From contig JAPDPT010000005.1 of NCBI GenBank assembly GCA_034506315.1, positions 36,653-100,652 of the forward strand: DNA of 64,000 bases. Reading direction: 5' to 3'. Positions 63,054 through 64,000 of the stretch are shown in pieces. The position numbers and the translations under genes were made by a program. The stretch is from Candidatus Zhuqueibacterota bacterium (lineage in GTDB: Bacteria > Zhuqueibacterota > Zhuqueibacteria > Oleimicrobiales > Geothermoviventaceae). How positions within the stretch are numbered: the stretch's first letter is position 1; each line of letters begins with the position of its first letter. The notes beneath the pieces were generated by a model. That model worked only from the letters and a program-made list of their open reading frames with translations, had not been told where the DNA came from and ran no database searches.

Positions 63054-64000
63054 TCACCGTCGGTCCACACTCAGCACCGATCGGCCTTTCTCGAAGTCCC
63101 ACAACGACTGCACTTTCAGGTCCAGCAAGGCAATCTTGTAGTCGATCAGGGACTTGACCAGATTTAGCTTGGCCTGCGAGAGCTGGTTCTGATAAAGGCT
63201 CAGGTCCATGCTGGTCAAATCCCCGTTCCGGTAGCGCTCCAGGTTGATGTCGTAGGTGAGCTGGGCGTTGCGGACGTTCTGCTGGGCGATCTCCACCTGG
63301 ATTTCCAGATTCTTGAGCTGGCGGTACGCCTGGCGAATGCCGATCACAATGTTGGTCTGAGTCTCTTCCATCGACAGGCGGCGCGTCTTCACAACTGCCT
63401 CCGAGGCGCGGATCCGCGATTCCTTCTCTCCCCAGTCCCACAGAGGGATCTCGAGGGAAAGGGAGACCCGCTGGTTCTTGGTGGGAACCTCAAAGATGTC
63501 CCGCACGCTCTCGTCTGTCCCGATCACCCCGTAGGAAAGCGTGATATTGCCGCGGAACTCGTTCTGGGCCGAGACCTGGATCAGATCAAAAAGCGAGTTC
63601 TGAATGTCGATCTGCCTCTGGCGAAGCTCCATTCGGTACCGAAGCCCGTGGGCAACCGCCAGCTGCAGATCCACCGGCACCACCCGATGGGCGATGTCGG
63701 CCGTCACGGCCACAGAGTCCTCCAATGGCAGGCCGATGAGGTACTTGAAGTTGTCCAGAAGGTTTTCGTACGTGGTCTGCTCGTTGAAGACCTTGGAGCG
63801 GCTTGTGGCCAGGTTGAGCTCCGCCTGGTAGAGCTCCTCTTCCGCCGCGAGCCCAGCCTGCACCTTGTTCTGAATGATCCCGTAGCTGATCTCCTGATTT
63901 TGGAGCTCCTCTTGGGCGATGTCCACCCTCATCTTCTGCAGGTACAGATTGTAGAAAGCCTGGGTGACCTCCTTTTCCAGCGCAAGCCTCTGGATGTCGT
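63054..64000 (-). CDS. Outer-membrane efflux protein (TolC/OEP family), N-terminal part beyond the window edge
   Basis: Heptad-rich alpha-helical repeats typical of the OEP family (...LQNQEISYGIIQNKVQAGLAAEEELYQAELNLATSRSK...AQQNVRNAQLTYDINLERYRNGDLTSMDL...). The reading frame remains open to position 64000. The stop at 63054 is immediately upstream of the adaptor gene. Confidence 0.75.
   Translation of the reverse strand, partial: DIQRLALEKEVTQAFYNLYLQKMRVDIAQEELQNQEISYGIIQNKVQAGLAAEEELYQAELNLATSRSKVFNEQTTYENLLDNFKYLIGLPLEDSVAVTADIAHRVVPVDLQLAVAHGLRYRMELRQRQIDIQNSLFDLIQVSAQNEFRGNITLSYGVIGTDESVRDIFEVPTKNQRVSLSLEIPLWDWGEKESRIRASEAVVKTRRLSMEETQTNIVIGIRQAYRQLKNLEIQVEIAQQNVRNAQLTYDINLERYRNGDLTSMDLSLYQNQLSQAKLNLVKSLIDYKIALLDLKVQSLWDFEKGRSVLSVDRR

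Noticed and set aside
1-64000. CRISPR arrays, tRNA/rRNA genes, transposases, integrases, phage or defence-system genes
   Set aside because: No direct-repeat/spacer periodicity, no tRNA-like cloverleaf candidates in the few intergenic gaps, and no recognisable mobile-element or defence protein motifs were seen.

Overview
This is a high-GC (about 64%) bacterial window that is almost entirely coding, and every gene from about 15.2 kb to the right edge lies on the minus strand. At least eight secreted proteins end in the beta-strand C-terminal sorting domain of type IX secretion (T9SS) cargo (...GVYxxxxxxGxxxxxxKxxLxR/K). A PorV/PorQ-like outer-membrane barrel gene is also present. Together these point to an FCB-group organism (Bacteroidota/Rhodothermota-like or a related candidate phylum); no exact taxon can be named from the sequence alone. 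No rRNA, tRNA, CRISPR array or transposase was found.

Three functional blocks stand out.

(1) 0-13 kb: housekeeping and secreted peptidases. This block holds a truncated amidohydrolase, a T9SS metallopeptidase, der, a DUF512 protein, an AI-2E transporter, a cyclase, an aldehyde dehydrogenase, an orphan MtaB-like protein and a T9SS M1 peptidase.

(2) 21.8-53.1 kb: a co-oriented beta-glucan utilisation locus built on T9SS cargo. It encodes two GH16 paralogues, a GH3 beta-glucosidase, two GH5-type hydrolases, a GH116 enzyme carrying malectin-like and FN3 domains, and a CBM9-like binding protein. It also encodes a TonB-dependent receptor, a PorV-like barrel, a polytopic transporter, and a solute-binding protein / histidine kinase / sigma-54 response regulator module. 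Two target genes carry a shared architecture of tandem ATTATC-N5-GATAAT palindromes about 70-115 bp upstream of -24/-12 sigma-54 promoter-like elements.

(3) 53.3-64 kb: an efflux operon, TolC - periplasmic adaptor - RND - [RND fused in frame to extra TM helices and a complete ABC ATPase domain] - ABC-2 permease. The last two genes are joined by an ATGA start/stop overlap.

The most novel candidates are the RND-ABC fusion, the sigma-54 / tandem-palindrome regulon wired into a T9SS glycan locus, and the large Asp-rich CTD protein sitting in the PorU position upstream of the PorV-like gene.
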